Below are positions 44,831 through 54,684 of a DNA stretch of 64,000 nucleotides, in pieces. Position 1 is the stretch's first letter. Each line of letters opens with the position of its first letter. The notes beneath the pieces were generated by a model. That model had not been told where the DNA came from. It ran no database searches and saw only the letters and a list, made by a program, of their open reading frames with translations. The translations under genes and the position numbers were made by a program. Origin of the DNA: Planctomyces sp. (lineage in GTDB: Bacteria > Planctomycetota > Planctomycetia > Planctomycetales > Planctomycetaceae); assembly GCA_031375695.1 (NCBI GenBank), contig JANMIF010000512.1, positions 1,479-65,478 on the forward strand, given 5' to 3'.

Positions 44831-45185
44831 TCGGGTGGCAGGCGGGATCGAGGAAGTGGCTGGCAGGGTCGATGCCGAGCGAGGCAATCATCTTGGCGGT
44901 GACGTCGGCGGGGGTGAACGGAGTCGTTTCGGGAAACGCGGCAACGCGGTCGGAAGTTCCGACGATTTGGCCTCGCGAAACTTCCGCGCCGGCCAGCATG
45001 ATCGAAAAGGCCTACGGCCAGCGCTTGCGGTCGGATGGTAAACCTTTGAATCGCTGCTCCAGCGCGACGCACGCTGCACGCTCTGAAGTCTTCCGCGTCC
45101 ACTGCGAAAGAAGCACCGCCAAGGAAAGTTGCGCCGCCACGGAAAGCCACGTCGCGCAAATCGAAGTCTCGCCGTTGAGTCTCGG
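44808..45185 (-). pseudogene. decayed 3' fragment of a DUF1501 paralog
   Basis: The minus-strand reading gives ..ERAACVALEQRFKGLPSDRKRWP*AFSIMLAGAEVSRGQIVGTSDRVAAFPETTPFTPADVTAKMIASLGIDPASHFLD. The intact neighbour reads GRAPRVALEPRFKGATPGRKHWPSVYSIMLAGADVSRGRIVGASDRIAAYPATTPVTPADVTATMFASLGINPASHYLD. The fragment has an in-frame TAG at about 45014 and at least one frameshift further upstream. Its last 23 nt overlap the aldolase 3' end. Confidence 0.8.
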
Positions 45186-45282
45186 GTCAATCGCCTAAAC
45201 GAGCGACAAAACCTGGAGACTCACCCTGTTGTCTCGATACGATGTGCCGCCACCTTGAGTTCCTGTTCCGAAGAGAGATGAT

Positions 45283-46731
45283 ATGTCGTTGCAGTTTTTG
45301 ACCGGTGAAACGGCTGCTAGGTCGGGGTTGTCCCGGCGCGAGTGGCTGCGCGTCGGCGGATTGGGCGGATTCGGGTTGATGACTGCGGCCGGACTCGATG
45401 TCGCGCGAGCCGTCGAGGTCGGTACTCAATCACAGCAAAAATCTGCGGGGTTCGGCAAAGCCAAGTCAATAATTCTCCTCTACGCCGCTGGTGGGCAAAG
45501 CCAATTAGAGATGTGGGATCCAAAACCGGAGGCTCCTGACGGGATTCGGGGTGAGTTCGCTTCGATCGCGACCAGCGTACCGGGAGTCCGTTTCGGTGAG
45601 CACATGCCACGTATTGCCAAGCTGGCGGATCGGTTCACAGTTGTTCGCAGCATGTCGCACGACGATCTCGATCATGGGTCGGCGACGTATTTGGCTTTGA
45701 CCGGCGTTCCGCATCCGAAGAAATCGTCGAACCCGTTGCCGTCGCCGCTCGATGTGCCGACATTCGGTTCGATGTTGCAGCGGGTTCGGCCGGCTGATCG
45801 GTTTCCGCATACGGCCATCCATTTGAACGGGCCGTTGCTCGCACCGACGTTGCCTTGCGCGGGTCAGTCTGCCGGTCTGTTAGGGAAGCGGTTTGAACCG
45901 TTCGTGCTTGGAGATGTCACTGCCGAGTCAACTGCTGTCGACGGGCTTGATCCGCTGCCCGATTTGCCGCTCGTCAGGCAGTCGGCTCGGCAGACGTTGC
46001 TCGATGCGATTGATTCGGCACGGCGCGGCTTCGACAACAATCGCGAAGTGGTTGGCATGAGCGACCTGTATCGGCAGGCGAGGCAACTACTCGACACACC
46101 GTACTGTCGCGAAGCGTTCGATTTGTCGCGTGAGCCGGACAACGTTCGCGACCGATACGGACGGTTCCGATCCGGGCAAGCCTGCTTGCTCGCGCGGCGA
46201 CTGGTCGAGGCGGGGGTGCCGTTCGTTACCGTGATGTTGTGCCACTCGAACCGAGGACAGGACGATCGTCCGGATGAAACCGATCAATACGGCTGGGACA
46301 CTCACAACGACATCTTCGACGCGATGCGAAATCATTTGTTGCCCCGATTCGATATCAGCGTTTCGGCGTTGCTGGAAGACTTGGATCAGCGTGGGTTGCT
46401 CAACGAAACGCTCGTTGTGTGCATGGGCGAATTCGGCCGCGCACCTCGCGTCGCGCTGGAACCGCGGTTCAAAGGAGCAACTCCTGGCCGGAAGCACTGG
46501 CCGTCAGTCTATTCGATCATGCTGGCCGGCGCAGACGTTTCACGAGGTCGCATCGTCGGAGCCTCCGACCGCATCGCCGCCTATCCCGCGACGACTCCAG
46601 TAACTCCTGCCGACGTCACCGCCACGATGTTTGCCTCGCTCGGCATCAATCCCGCCAGCCACTACCTTGATCTCGCCAGCCGCCCAGTCACATTATCCGA
46701 AGGACGTCAGATCGCGGACCTTTATCAGTGA
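45283..46731 (+). CDS. DUF1501 domain protein (sulfatase-like fold, Tat signal)
   Basis: 482 aa. Contains SRREWLRVGGLGGFGL, GGQSQLEMWDPKP, RSMSHDDLDHGSA and WDTHND. Confidence 0.9.
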   Translation: MSLQFLTGETAARSGLSRREWLRVGGLGGFGLMTAAGLDVARAVEVGTQSQQKSAGFGKAKSIILLYAAGGQSQLEMWDPKPEAPDGIRGEFASIATSVPGVRFGEHMPRIAKLADRFTVVRSMSHDDLDHGSATYLALTGVPHPKKSSNPLPSPLDVPTFGSMLQRVRPADRFPHTAIHLNGPLLAPTLPCAGQSAGLLGKRFEPFVLGDVTAESTAVDGLDPLPDLPLVRQSARQTLLDAIDSARRGFDNNREVVGMSDLYRQARQLLDTPYCREAFDLSREPDNVRDRYGRFRSGQACLLARRLVEAGVPFVTVMLCHSNRGQDDRPDETDQYGWDTHNDIFDAMRNHLLPRFDISVSALLEDLDQRGLLNETLVVCMGEFGRAPRVALEPRFKGATPGRKHWPSVYSIMLAGADVSRGRIVGASDRIAAYPATTPVTPADVTATMFASLGINPASHYLDLASRPVTLSEGRQIADLYQ

Positions 46732-46771
46732 TCAATTTTGATTTGATGCTGATGGCTTACGATCGTTTCTC

Positions 46772-49700
46772 ATGGAGAAAATACCGATGAAGAGCACCAA
46801 CGGTCGGCGATTCCTACTATTCGCGAAGTTGAGATTCGTCCGAATGGTGGCGCAGATCTTCACCGTGATCGCGCTGAGTACCGCAGCGAGCCATGCCGAG
46901 GGAATCTCTGAGAAATACGCTGGGGTGAATTCCGAGGACTATTTCGCCGGACCGTTAGTCGAAGAGATAAAGATCGTCGACGACAAGGTCTTCACCGAGG
47001 GACCGGCTGTCGCGGCGGATGGGCGAGTTTTCTTCACGAATGCCACGGCGGCGAAGATTCTGGTTTGGGATCAGCAGGCCAAGAAGCTGACGACGTTTCG
47101 CGAGAACAGCGGTGAGGCGAACGGCTTGCTGTTTGATCAGGCAGGAGCGTTGCTGGCCTGCGAAGGGAAGTCGGGGCGAGTGACTCGCACCGATTTGGCG
47201 ACTGGCAAAATCACCGTCTTGGTCGATCAGTTTGGCGGGCATCCGCTCGGTGCTCCGAACGATTTGACGATCGACGCGAGCGGACGAATCTATTTCACTT
47301 CGCGACTGCCGAATGATGACCCGAAAAAGCACAACGTGAATTCTGTGTATCGCATCGACACGGACGGCAAGGTGTCGCGAGTTTTGTACGAGCCGGACAT
47401 TCACATGCCGAATGGAGTCGAGGTTTCTCCCGATGGCCGAACGCTGTATCTGATCGAATCGGACGGGCGCGAGGGGCGGAATCGTTGCATCCTGGCGTAT
47501 GACTTGCGAGAGGACGGGACGACCGCGAATGCTCGGCGGCTGATTGACTTTTATCCGGGTCGAGGGGGCGATGGACTCTGCGTGGACAGCGTCGGCAATT
47601 TGTACGTCGCGGCAGGATTGCACAAGACTCGCGGTACGCATGAGACGCTGGAGACGAAACCAGGAATTCACGTCATCTCGCCGACTGGCAAGTTGCTGGC
47701 GTACCTCGCGACGCCGGTGGACACGATTACCAACTGCACCTTCGGCGGCCCGGATCGCCAAACGCTGTTTATCACCTGCGGCGATCGATTGCTCAGCGTT
47801 CGCACGAAGCAATCTGGGGCCATCGCGAAGTCGAGCAACCAGGATTCGGCCGATAAAGATTACTCGGCCGAGCTGCCTCGGATCGCGCCGAAGTCGGCGG
47901 AGGAATCGATCAAGGCGATGAAACTCAAGGCGGGGTTTCATGCGGAGATCGTCGCGACCGAGCCGCTGATTCGATCACCGATGGCGATGGACTTCGATGA
48001 GTTCGGCCGAGCGTTTGTTGTCGAGCTTCCCGAATACAACCAGTACGGCAGCGTGAAGCCTCACGGCAAAGGGGCGATCAAACTACTGGAGGATACAAAT
48101 GGCGACGGGCGCTTTGACAAAGCGACGGTCTACGTCGGCGATCTCGATTATCCGACGGCCGTTGCCTGCTGGGACGGTGGTATCTTGGTGGGCGTCGCGC
48201 CTGACATCCTCTTCTGCAAAGACACTGACGGAGACGGCAAGGCGGATGTTAGACAAAAACTCTTCACCGGATTCGGCATGGACAAGGCCGGTGAAGGGAT
48301 GCTGAATTCGTTCCGTTGGCGAATCGACAATCGGTTCCACATCCCGTGCGGTTTGAACGGCGGCGAAGTCGTAGCAGTTGGCGGCCCGACTGCTGCCGAC
48401 GCGCCAATACTCCCCAAGCCAATCAACGTCCGCGGCCAACACCTGCTGCTCGAACCGCGAGCCATGACAATCACTGCGACCAGCGGCGGCGGCCAACACG
48501 GCATGAGTTTCGATGATTGGAACTTGCGCTCATTCGTCTGCGGCAACAGCGAACCGGTGCATCTGGTGATGTACGACGGGCGATACCTCGCGCGGAATCC
48601 CTACCTGCAAGCACCAGCCGCCGCGATCAACATTGCTCCCGAAGGAAAGTTCACGAAGCTGATGCGGATCAGCGGCGTCGAACCGTGGCGAGTGCTGCGG
48701 ACTCGGCTGCGGAATAAAGGGATCATTCCCGGCTCGGACGAAGGAGGGACGCCGTCTGGTTTCTTCACCGGAGCGACCGGGATCACGGTTTATCGCGGCG
48801 ATGCTTGGCCAGTCGAGTATCGCGGGCAACTGTTCGTCGGCGAGGTCGCGAACAATCTCGTCTATCGAGCGAAGCTGGAACCGAATGGCGTCGGCCTCAC
48901 CGCGCATCGGGCCGACACCGACGCCGAGTTCCTTGCCTCTACTGACAACTGGTTCCGACCGGTGCAATTCGCGAACGCTCCCGATGGCACGCTTTATGTG
49001 ATCGACATGTATCGCGAACTGATTGAAGGGGCTGCGTTCCTGGCTCCGCAGATTTTGAAGCACATGGATGCGAGTGCCGGTGCCGACAAAGGCCGCATCT
49101 ACCGGATCGCCCACGAGGGTTTTCAGTTCAAACTCGCGCCTCGACTCGGCGATCAGCCGACCGTTGAATTGGTGAAACTTTTCGAGCATCCGAACGGCTG
49201 GCATCGCGACACGGCGTCGCGTTTGATTTATCAACGCCAAGACCGCGCCGCCGTCTCACCGCTGCGTGAATTGGCGACTTCATCGAAGTCTGCACTCGCA
49301 CGCGTGATGGCGCTGTACTCTTTGCGCGGGCTGTCGGCGTTGGAACCGGAAGCGGCAATCGCTGGAACAAAAGGGACCAAAAGGACCGAAGGGTTGGGGG
49401 TGAGCACACCGTCGGCAATTCACTTGTTGAAGATTGCCGAATCCTTTGCCGATCGTGCCGACGTGCGTGATGCCGTACTCACGCTCGCCGACGATGCCGA
49501 CTTGTTGGTCCGCTACCAAGCTGCCTTCACGCTCGGTGCATTTCCCGGCGAAGTGGCCACAAAGGCGCTGGCTCGATTGGTGATCAAAGACGGAACCGAT
49601 TCGTGGATGCAGTTGGCGATCCTCAGCTCGATCGGTAGTCGGCGCGGTGAGTTTCTGGCTGCACTCCTCGCGGATCGTTCGGTAACGAAACTGAGTCATG

Positions 49701-50800
49701 TGAAATCGCTGCTCACGGCGGTGGCGACTCAAATCGGCGCGGCCAACGCGAAAGATGACCTGGCGATTTTCTTACGGCAGGTCGAAACTCTTTCTGCCGA
49801 CGCGGGGGATAAGGTGCTGGCCGAGGAACTCGTGAAAAGCTTGATTGCCAAGCAACCGGCCGTCGCCACGATGTTGGCCGGAGCGACCGCTGGCAAAGCC
49901 AAAGAGATCGTGGCAGGAATCATTCGTGACGCGCTGGTGACTGCTCGCGACGAGTCGAAATCTCCCGCCGATCGAGCGACCGGCGTCCGTACACTCGCAA
50001 CCGCCAGCCTGTCCGAAACGAAAGCCCTGTTCACCGAATTGCTGCAATCGCGACAACCGCAACCGGTGCAAGCGGCGGTGCTCGAGACGCTGACTCGATT
50101 CGATCACGCCGACGTGCCGCAGTTGATTCTCGCCGCGTGGCCGTCGCAGACTCCGCAGCTTCGAGCGACCTCGGTTGAAACCTTGTTGTCGCGGCCGAAG
50201 TGGATCATTGCGTTTCTGGATGCCGTCGAACAAAAACAAATCGCGAGAGCCGACATCGACCCCGCGCGGATCGTGCTGCTGCAAAAGCACAACGACTCTG
50301 CGATTCGCGATCGAGCCACAAAGCTCTTCGCCGGAACATCGCTCGCTCGGCGGCAAGAGGTGGTCGATGCATATCAAAAGGCACTGGAGCTCAAAGGGGA
50401 CGTCGATCGAGGCCGAGCAGCGTTTCGCAAAACGTGCGCGGCGTGTCACAAGTTGGAAGGTTTCGGCGAATCGATCGGAGCTGAACTGAACGCGATCCGC
50501 GACCGAGGAACCGCCGCCGTGCTGCTGAACATCCTCGACCCAAACCGCGAAGTGAAGCCGCAGTTCCTGAGCTACGTCGTGATCCTCGACAGCGGCCGCA
50601 GCCTGACTGGCATGATCACCGCCGAAACCGCCAATAGTCTGACCCTTCGCAAAGCAGACAACACGACCGAAACGATCCTGCGAATCAACATTGATGAACT
50701 CAAAAGCACCGGCCTGTCGTTCATGCCGGAGGGAATCGAGAGGCAACTCGACGCCGCCGCGATGGCCGATGTGCTGGCGTATTTGAACGCGATCAAGTGA
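46772..50800 (+). CDS. SMP-30/gluconolactonase-like + membrane-bound-dehydrogenase domain + HEAT + C-terminal CxxCH heme-binding fusion protein
   Basis: 1342 aa. Contains PNDLTIDASGRIYFTS and PNGVEVSPDGRTLYLIES (SMP-30), GFHAEIVATEPLIRSPMAMDFDEFGRAFVVE, and KTCAACHKLEGFGESIGAELN...TGMI...LSFMPEGI. Confidence 0.9.
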   Translation: MEKIPMKSTNGRRFLLFAKLRFVRMVAQIFTVIALSTAASHAEGISEKYAGVNSEDYFAGPLVEEIKIVDDKVFTEGPAVAADGRVFFTNATAAKILVWDQQAKKLTTFRENSGEANGLLFDQAGALLACEGKSGRVTRTDLATGKITVLVDQFGGHPLGAPNDLTIDASGRIYFTSRLPNDDPKKHNVNSVYRIDTDGKVSRVLYEPDIHMPNGVEVSPDGRTLYLIESDGREGRNRCILAYDLREDGTTANARRLIDFYPGRGGDGLCVDSVGNLYVAAGLHKTRGTHETLETKPGIHVISPTGKLLAYLATPVDTITNCTFGGPDRQTLFITCGDRLLSVRTKQSGAIAKSSNQDSADKDYSAELPRIAPKSAEESIKAMKLKAGFHAEIVATEPLIRSPMAMDFDEFGRAFVVELPEYNQYGSVKPHGKGAIKLLEDTNGDGRFDKATVYVGDLDYPTAVACWDGGILVGVAPDILFCKDTDGDGKADVRQKLFTGFGMDKAGEGMLNSFRWRIDNRFHIPCGLNGGEVVAVGGPTAADAPILPKPINVRGQHLLLEPRAMTITATSGGGQHGMSFDDWNLRSFVCGNSEPVHLVMYDGRYLARNPYLQAPAAAINIAPEGKFTKLMRISGVEPWRVLRTRLRNKGIIPGSDEGGTPSGFFTGATGITVYRGDAWPVEYRGQLFVGEVANNLVYRAKLEPNGVGLTAHRADTDAEFLASTDNWFRPVQFANAPDGTLYVIDMYRELIEGAAFLAPQILKHMDASAGADKGRIYRIAHEGFQFKLAPRLGDQPTVELVKLFEHPNGWHRDTASRLIYQRQDRAAVSPLRELATSSKSALARVMALYSLRGLSALEPEAAIAGTKGTKRTEGLGVSTPSAIHLLKIAESFADRADVRDAVLTLADDADLLVRYQAAFTLGAFPGEVATKALARLVIKDGTDSWMQLAILSSIGSRRGEFLAALLADRSVTKLSHVKSLLTAVATQIGAANAKDDLAIFLRQVETLSADAGDKVLAEELVKSLIAKQPAVATMLAGATAGKAKEIVAGIIRDALVTARDESKSPADRATGVRTLATASLSETKALFTELLQSRQPQPVQAAVLETLTRFDHADVPQLILAAWPSQTPQLRATSVETLLSRPKWIIAFLDAVEQKQIARADIDPARIVLLQKHNDSAIRDRATKLFAGTSLARRQEVVDAYQKALELKGDVDRGRAAFRKTCAACHKLEGFGESIGAELNAIRDRGTAAVLLNILDPNREVKPQFLSYVVILDSGRSLTGMITAETANSLTLRKADNTTETILRINIDELKSTGLSFMPEGIERQLDAAAMADVLAYLNAIK

Positions 50801-50885
50801 AGATCTGGCGGCGGCCAATGACTGACGTCACACACATCGTGTCGCCGATGGTTGCACCGCGAATTGACACCCCAGCGTAGCCGCG

Positions 50886-52310
50886 TTACGCGAACAACTC
50901 GCGCACGACGTTTCCTTCCACATCGGTGAGCCGGAAATCGCGGCCAGCGTGCCGATAGGTCAATCGTTCGTGATCCAGGCCGAGCAGATGCAGCAGTGTG
51001 GCGTGGAAGTCATGGATGTGGACTTTGTTCTCAACGGCGAAGTATCCGTAATCGTCTGTTGAGCCATATCGAAAGCCCCCCTTCACACCGCCGCCGGCCA
51101 GCCACATCGTGAAACCTTCGGGATTGTGATCACGACCATTGGCAGTTTCGGCAGTGGGCGTGCGACCGAACTCGCTCCCCCACCAGATCAGCGTGTCGTC
51201 GAGCATTCCGCGAGCTTTCAGGTCCGTCAGCAGGCCAGCGATTGGCAGGTCCACTTCGCGAGCATTCTTTTCATGTCCGTTCTTCAAGTCGGCATGTTGA
51301 TCCCATTGCACTTTGTCGTCGTTGTGAGTGACCTGAATAAACCGCACGCCCGCCTCAGCGAAGCGGCGAGCCATCAGGCACATGCGACCAAAGTTCGCTG
51401 TCACGGAATCGTCCATTCCATACAGCTTCAACGTCGTGGTCGATTCGTTGGACAAGTCTTCGACCTTGGGAATCTCAGTCTGCATGCGAAAGGCCAACTC
51501 GAAGGAATTGATCCGCGCTTCCAGCGATGCTTCGGTACCAATCTGGGTCAGATGTTCGCGGTTCATCAAGTTCAAGCGATTCAGTTGCAGTCGTTGAACG
51601 TCGCGAGACAGTTGACCATTGTTGAGGAATTTGACGTGAGCTTTTTCCGATGGCACGCTGGCGTTTCCCAGTGGAGTTCCCTGATACACAGCCGGGAGAA
51701 ACGAAGAACTCCAATTGTTGACTCCACCAAACGCCAGCGTAGGACAGATCGTCACGAACGCCGGAAGATTGGCGTTGTCAGTACCCAAGCCGTAGTTCAC
51801 CCACGATCCGATGCTGGGCCGAACGAAGTTGTCGCTGCCCGTATGCAGCTTCATCATCGCGCCGCCGTGCGCTGGATTCGTCCCATGCACCGAATGCACC
51901 ATGCACAGATCGTCCACACGCTCAGCAAGCCGGGGGAAAAGTTCGCTCACCCACAGGCCGCTCTCGCCGTATTGACGGAATTTCCAGGGGGACTTGAGCA
52001 GGTTACTTGTCGTGTTGAACTGCACTCGCGGCTTCGCGAAGGGGAGCGGCTTGCCATCGTCTCGCGTGAGCAGCGGCTTGTAATCGAATGTGTCAACCTG
52101 CGAAGGGCCACCAGACATCAGGAGAAAAATGATCCGCTTTGCGCGAGCCGCAAGGTGCGGCAACTTCGCTGCCAGCGGATTGTCGTCTACCGCGCGAACC
52201 GATGATTCATTCGCAAGCATCGAGGCCAACGCCAGCGAACCAAACCCAGCGGCGGATTGTCGCAGCAGTTCTCTGCGTGACACCGCAGATGGAAATTCCG
52301 ATTGGCTCAT
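50886..52310 (-). CDS. DUF1501 domain protein (Tat signal)
   Basis: The internal ATG at 52310 gives MSQSEFPSAVSRRELLRQSAAGFGSLALA. Contains GGPSQVDTFDYKP, VHSVHGTNPAHGGA and WDQHADL. The track start at 52565 is too long. Confidence 0.9.
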   Translation of the reverse strand: MSQSEFPSAVSRRELLRQSAAGFGSLALASMLANESSVRAVDDNPLAAKLPHLAARAKRIIFLLMSGGPSQVDTFDYKPLLTRDDGKPLPFAKPRVQFNTTSNLLKSPWKFRQYGESGLWVSELFPRLAERVDDLCMVHSVHGTNPAHGGAMMKLHTGSDNFVRPSIGSWVNYGLGTDNANLPAFVTICPTLAFGGVNNWSSSFLPAVYQGTPLGNASVPSEKAHVKFLNNGQLSRDVQRLQLNRLNLMNREHLTQIGTEASLEARINSFELAFRMQTEIPKVEDLSNESTTTLKLYGMDDSVTANFGRMCLMARRFAEAGVRFIQVTHNDDKVQWDQHADLKNGHEKNAREVDLPIAGLLTDLKARGMLDDTLIWWGSEFGRTPTAETANGRDHNPEGFTMWLAGGGVKGGFRYGSTDDYGYFAVENKVHIHDFHATLLHLLGLDHERLTYRHAGRDFRLTDVEGNVVRELFA

Positions 52311-52354
52311 ATCGACTCCGTGGCAGGCGCACTCGTTCCAGTCAGGCCCTGCGG

Positions 52355-53704
52355 TTACACCTCCGGCAAGACCCACGGTTTTCGCCATTCCGTGCGACCG
52401 CGCAGCGAGTTCGCTTCGGCATCTCCGACGAACGTCTCGGTCGCGGGATCGAGCGTCAGCTTGCGGCCGAGTCGCGCGGAGATGTTGCCGGCGTGACACA
52501 GCACCGACGCCGGATGTCCGATCATTTCGAGATCGCAATACGGTTTCGCTCGCGACTTGATGCACTCGATGAAGTTCTGAACGTGTGGGCCTTCATGGCT
52601 GTCTCCGTCACCCTTCGCGAGCACTTGGCCTCCCTTGTCGTAAGCGGCCCAGCGCGTGTTGCCGAGCACGATGTAGCCCTGATCGCCGAACAGCGCTGAA
52701 CCTTCCGATTCGCCGAGATAGTTGTACGGAGCCCAGACTCGCATTTCGTAAGTCAGCAGCTTCGGATGCTTGCCGTCTTTGACATTGCCTGAACCGAACT
52801 CGTAATTGACCTGCATGGTGTCGGGGAACTCTTGAGCGTCATCGAAATACCACTTGCCGCCGTTCGCGAAGACGGTCGTCGGCAGGCCGAGCGGTTCGTC
52901 CTTCTGAACTTCGCACGCGGCCGCGAGCACCGCGACCGCCATGTCCAATCTGTGGACGCCGTCGTTGCCTAGATCACCGGTCCCGAAGTCATAGAACCAG
53001 CGCCAATTGCCATGAAACCGATTCGGATTGAACGGCCGCTTCTGCGCCGATCCGAGCCACATGTCGTAATCGACTCCGGCCGGTGACATCGCGTCGGGCC
53101 GTATCGGCAAGGCTCCCTGCTTTGAGCTTTCCCACGCCTTGGCTACCGTGCAGCGGCCAAGTTTTCCGGTCTTCACGAATTCAATGGCCGACTGCATCCG
53201 CGTGGTCGAGCGATGCTGCGACCCCATTTGCACGACTCGCTTGTGCTTCCGCATCGCTGCGACCATCCGCATCCCTTCGACGATGTTATGGCTGTCCGGC
53301 TTCTCAACATACACGTCCTTTCCCGCCTGACAGGCCAAGATCGTCGGAATCGCATGCCAATGATCGGGTGTCCCGATGACGATCGCGTCAATCGACTTGT
53401 CATCAATCAGTTTCCGAAAGTCACTCTCTCCTCGCGGTTTCTTCCCCTGCAACTTCTCAGCGGACTCAAGCCCTTTCGGCAACCGATTCGCATCCAGGTC
53501 CGCAATCGCGACGACCTCGACCGACTTGTTTGCCGAGAACGAGGCAATCAGTGACGCCGCTCGTCCACCTGCCCCGACGATTCCGACGCGAACCCGCTCG
53601 CTGGCCTGAGCCTTCGCGACTTGATCGAGATGCGAGAGCAACACTCCCGAAGCGACGGCGACGGACGAACTCTGCAAGAACGAGCGACGAGTTTGGGAAG
53701 ACAT
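52355..53704 (-). CDS. Gfo/Idh/MocA family oxidoreductase with Tat signal
   Basis: The ATG at 53704 gives MSSQTRRSFLQSSSVAVASGVLL. Contains VGIVGAGGRA, IGTPDHWH and VYVEKP. Confidence 0.9.
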   Translation of the reverse strand: MSSQTRRSFLQSSSVAVASGVLLSHLDQVAKAQASERVRVGIVGAGGRAASLIASFSANKSVEVVAIADLDANRLPKGLESAEKLQGKKPRGESDFRKLIDDKSIDAIVIGTPDHWHAIPTILACQAGKDVYVEKPDSHNIVEGMRMVAAMRKHKRVVQMGSQHRSTTRMQSAIEFVKTGKLGRCTVAKAWESSKQGALPIRPDAMSPAGVDYDMWLGSAQKRPFNPNRFHGNWRWFYDFGTGDLGNDGVHRLDMAVAVLAAACEVQKDEPLGLPTTVFANGGKWYFDDAQEFPDTMQVNYEFGSGNVKDGKHPKLLTYEMRVWAPYNYLGESEGSALFGDQGYIVLGNTRWAAYDKGGQVLAKGDGDSHEGPHVQNFIECIKSRAKPYCDLEMIGHPASVLCHAGNISARLGRKLTLDPATETFVGDAEANSLRGRTEWRKPWVLPEV

Positions 53705-54063
53705 TGTGGCTCCAATTCGTGAGGCTCGAAACGACGGTGTCATTTTAAGTTGCTTTCGATTTCTTCCTGCGGACCGCAATGCTGACCTGCGGATGAAGAA
53801 AACAAAAGGTCAACGCAAATCCTCCGCCAACTCAGATCGCCGTCCGGTTATAGCGGTTGTAGTGATTCCACTAGTGAATTACCGCGTGTCCGAACGAGCT
53901 GCGGGTGTTGATGGCGCAACGTGTTCCGGTTGGGGACAATAATCGCTCTTCAATTGCGATCTTTCGAGCATTGTCAGAGGGAGTGGACCGAAAGCTGTCG
54001 TATCTTTTTTAACGTTGAAAATTGAGGGCCGATGATCGGCGCCACAACAGGACGAGGAACGAC

Positions 54064-54648
54064 ATGAGCGAGATGTTGGACATGGAACCACGAGTAATGA
54101 TCTTTTTGACGTGCGTTGGGCTGCTGACTGCTGTGGCGGCGGTGTTCGACTTTCGGATCAAGAAGATTCCGAACAAGTTGACCCTGCCGGTCTTCGCGGC
54201 CGGGCTGGTCTACAAGACATGGTTCTTTGGCTGGGGGGGGAAGCTTTTGGTTCCTGGTTTGGTCGATTCGCTGGCGGCCTTTGCCTGTGGCTTCGGGTTG
54301 TTTTATGTCATGTGGATGACCGGAAGCGGTGGTGCTGGTGATGCCAAATTGATGGGCGCGCTGAGCGTTTGGATTGGTTTTAAGCTGACTTGGTATGTGA
54401 TGGTGGTGAGCACGATCTTCGTGATTCTCGGCACGATCGGTGTCATGACCTGGCAGGTTTTGACTCACGGGCTGTTTCGAACCAAAGAGACTTATCTGGC
54501 TACTGACAAGACGCCGAAAGGACAGACGCCGGTGGCAGAAACTGCCGGTCAAAGACAAAGTCGCCGGGTTATGGGCTATGCGCCGCCGGTCGCTTTGGCA
54601 ACGTGGTTGATCGTTCTATGGAAGCTCCCAAAGTTTCCGCAGTTCTGA
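54064..54648 (+). CDS. cpaA: A24-family prepilin peptidase (CpaA/TadV-like)
   Basis: 194 aa from ATG 54064. Contains FDFRIKKIPNKLTL and GSGGAGDAKLMGALSVW. Multi-TM. Confidence 0.8.
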   Translation: MSEMLDMEPRVMIFLTCVGLLTAVAAVFDFRIKKIPNKLTLPVFAAGLVYKTWFFGWGGKLLVPGLVDSLAAFACGFGLFYVMWMTGSGGAGDAKLMGALSVWIGFKLTWYVMVVSTIFVILGTIGVMTWQVLTHGLFRTKETYLATDKTPKGQTPVAETAGQRQSRRVMGYAPPVALATWLIVLWKLPKFPQF

Positions 54649-54684
54649 GCCACGCCGGTTTTGACAGGTAATGGAAACGTCACC

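Noticed and set aside
45010-45016. The in-frame TAG in the DUF1501 fragment as a recoded (read-through or Pyl) codon
   Set aside because: The fragment also lacks its 5' three-quarters and has additional frame disruptions, so decay is the simpler explanation.
46955-50818. Long minus-strand ORFs 46955-47941 and 49772-50818 (328 and 348 aa), and 48530-49240
   Set aside because: They are antisense to the 1342-aa SMP-30/dehydrogenase/CxxCH gene. They have Arg-rich composition and no recognisable motifs.
51126-52205. 359-aa plus-strand ORF
   Set aside because: It is antisense to the DUF1501 gene at 50886-52310, which has unmistakable family motifs.
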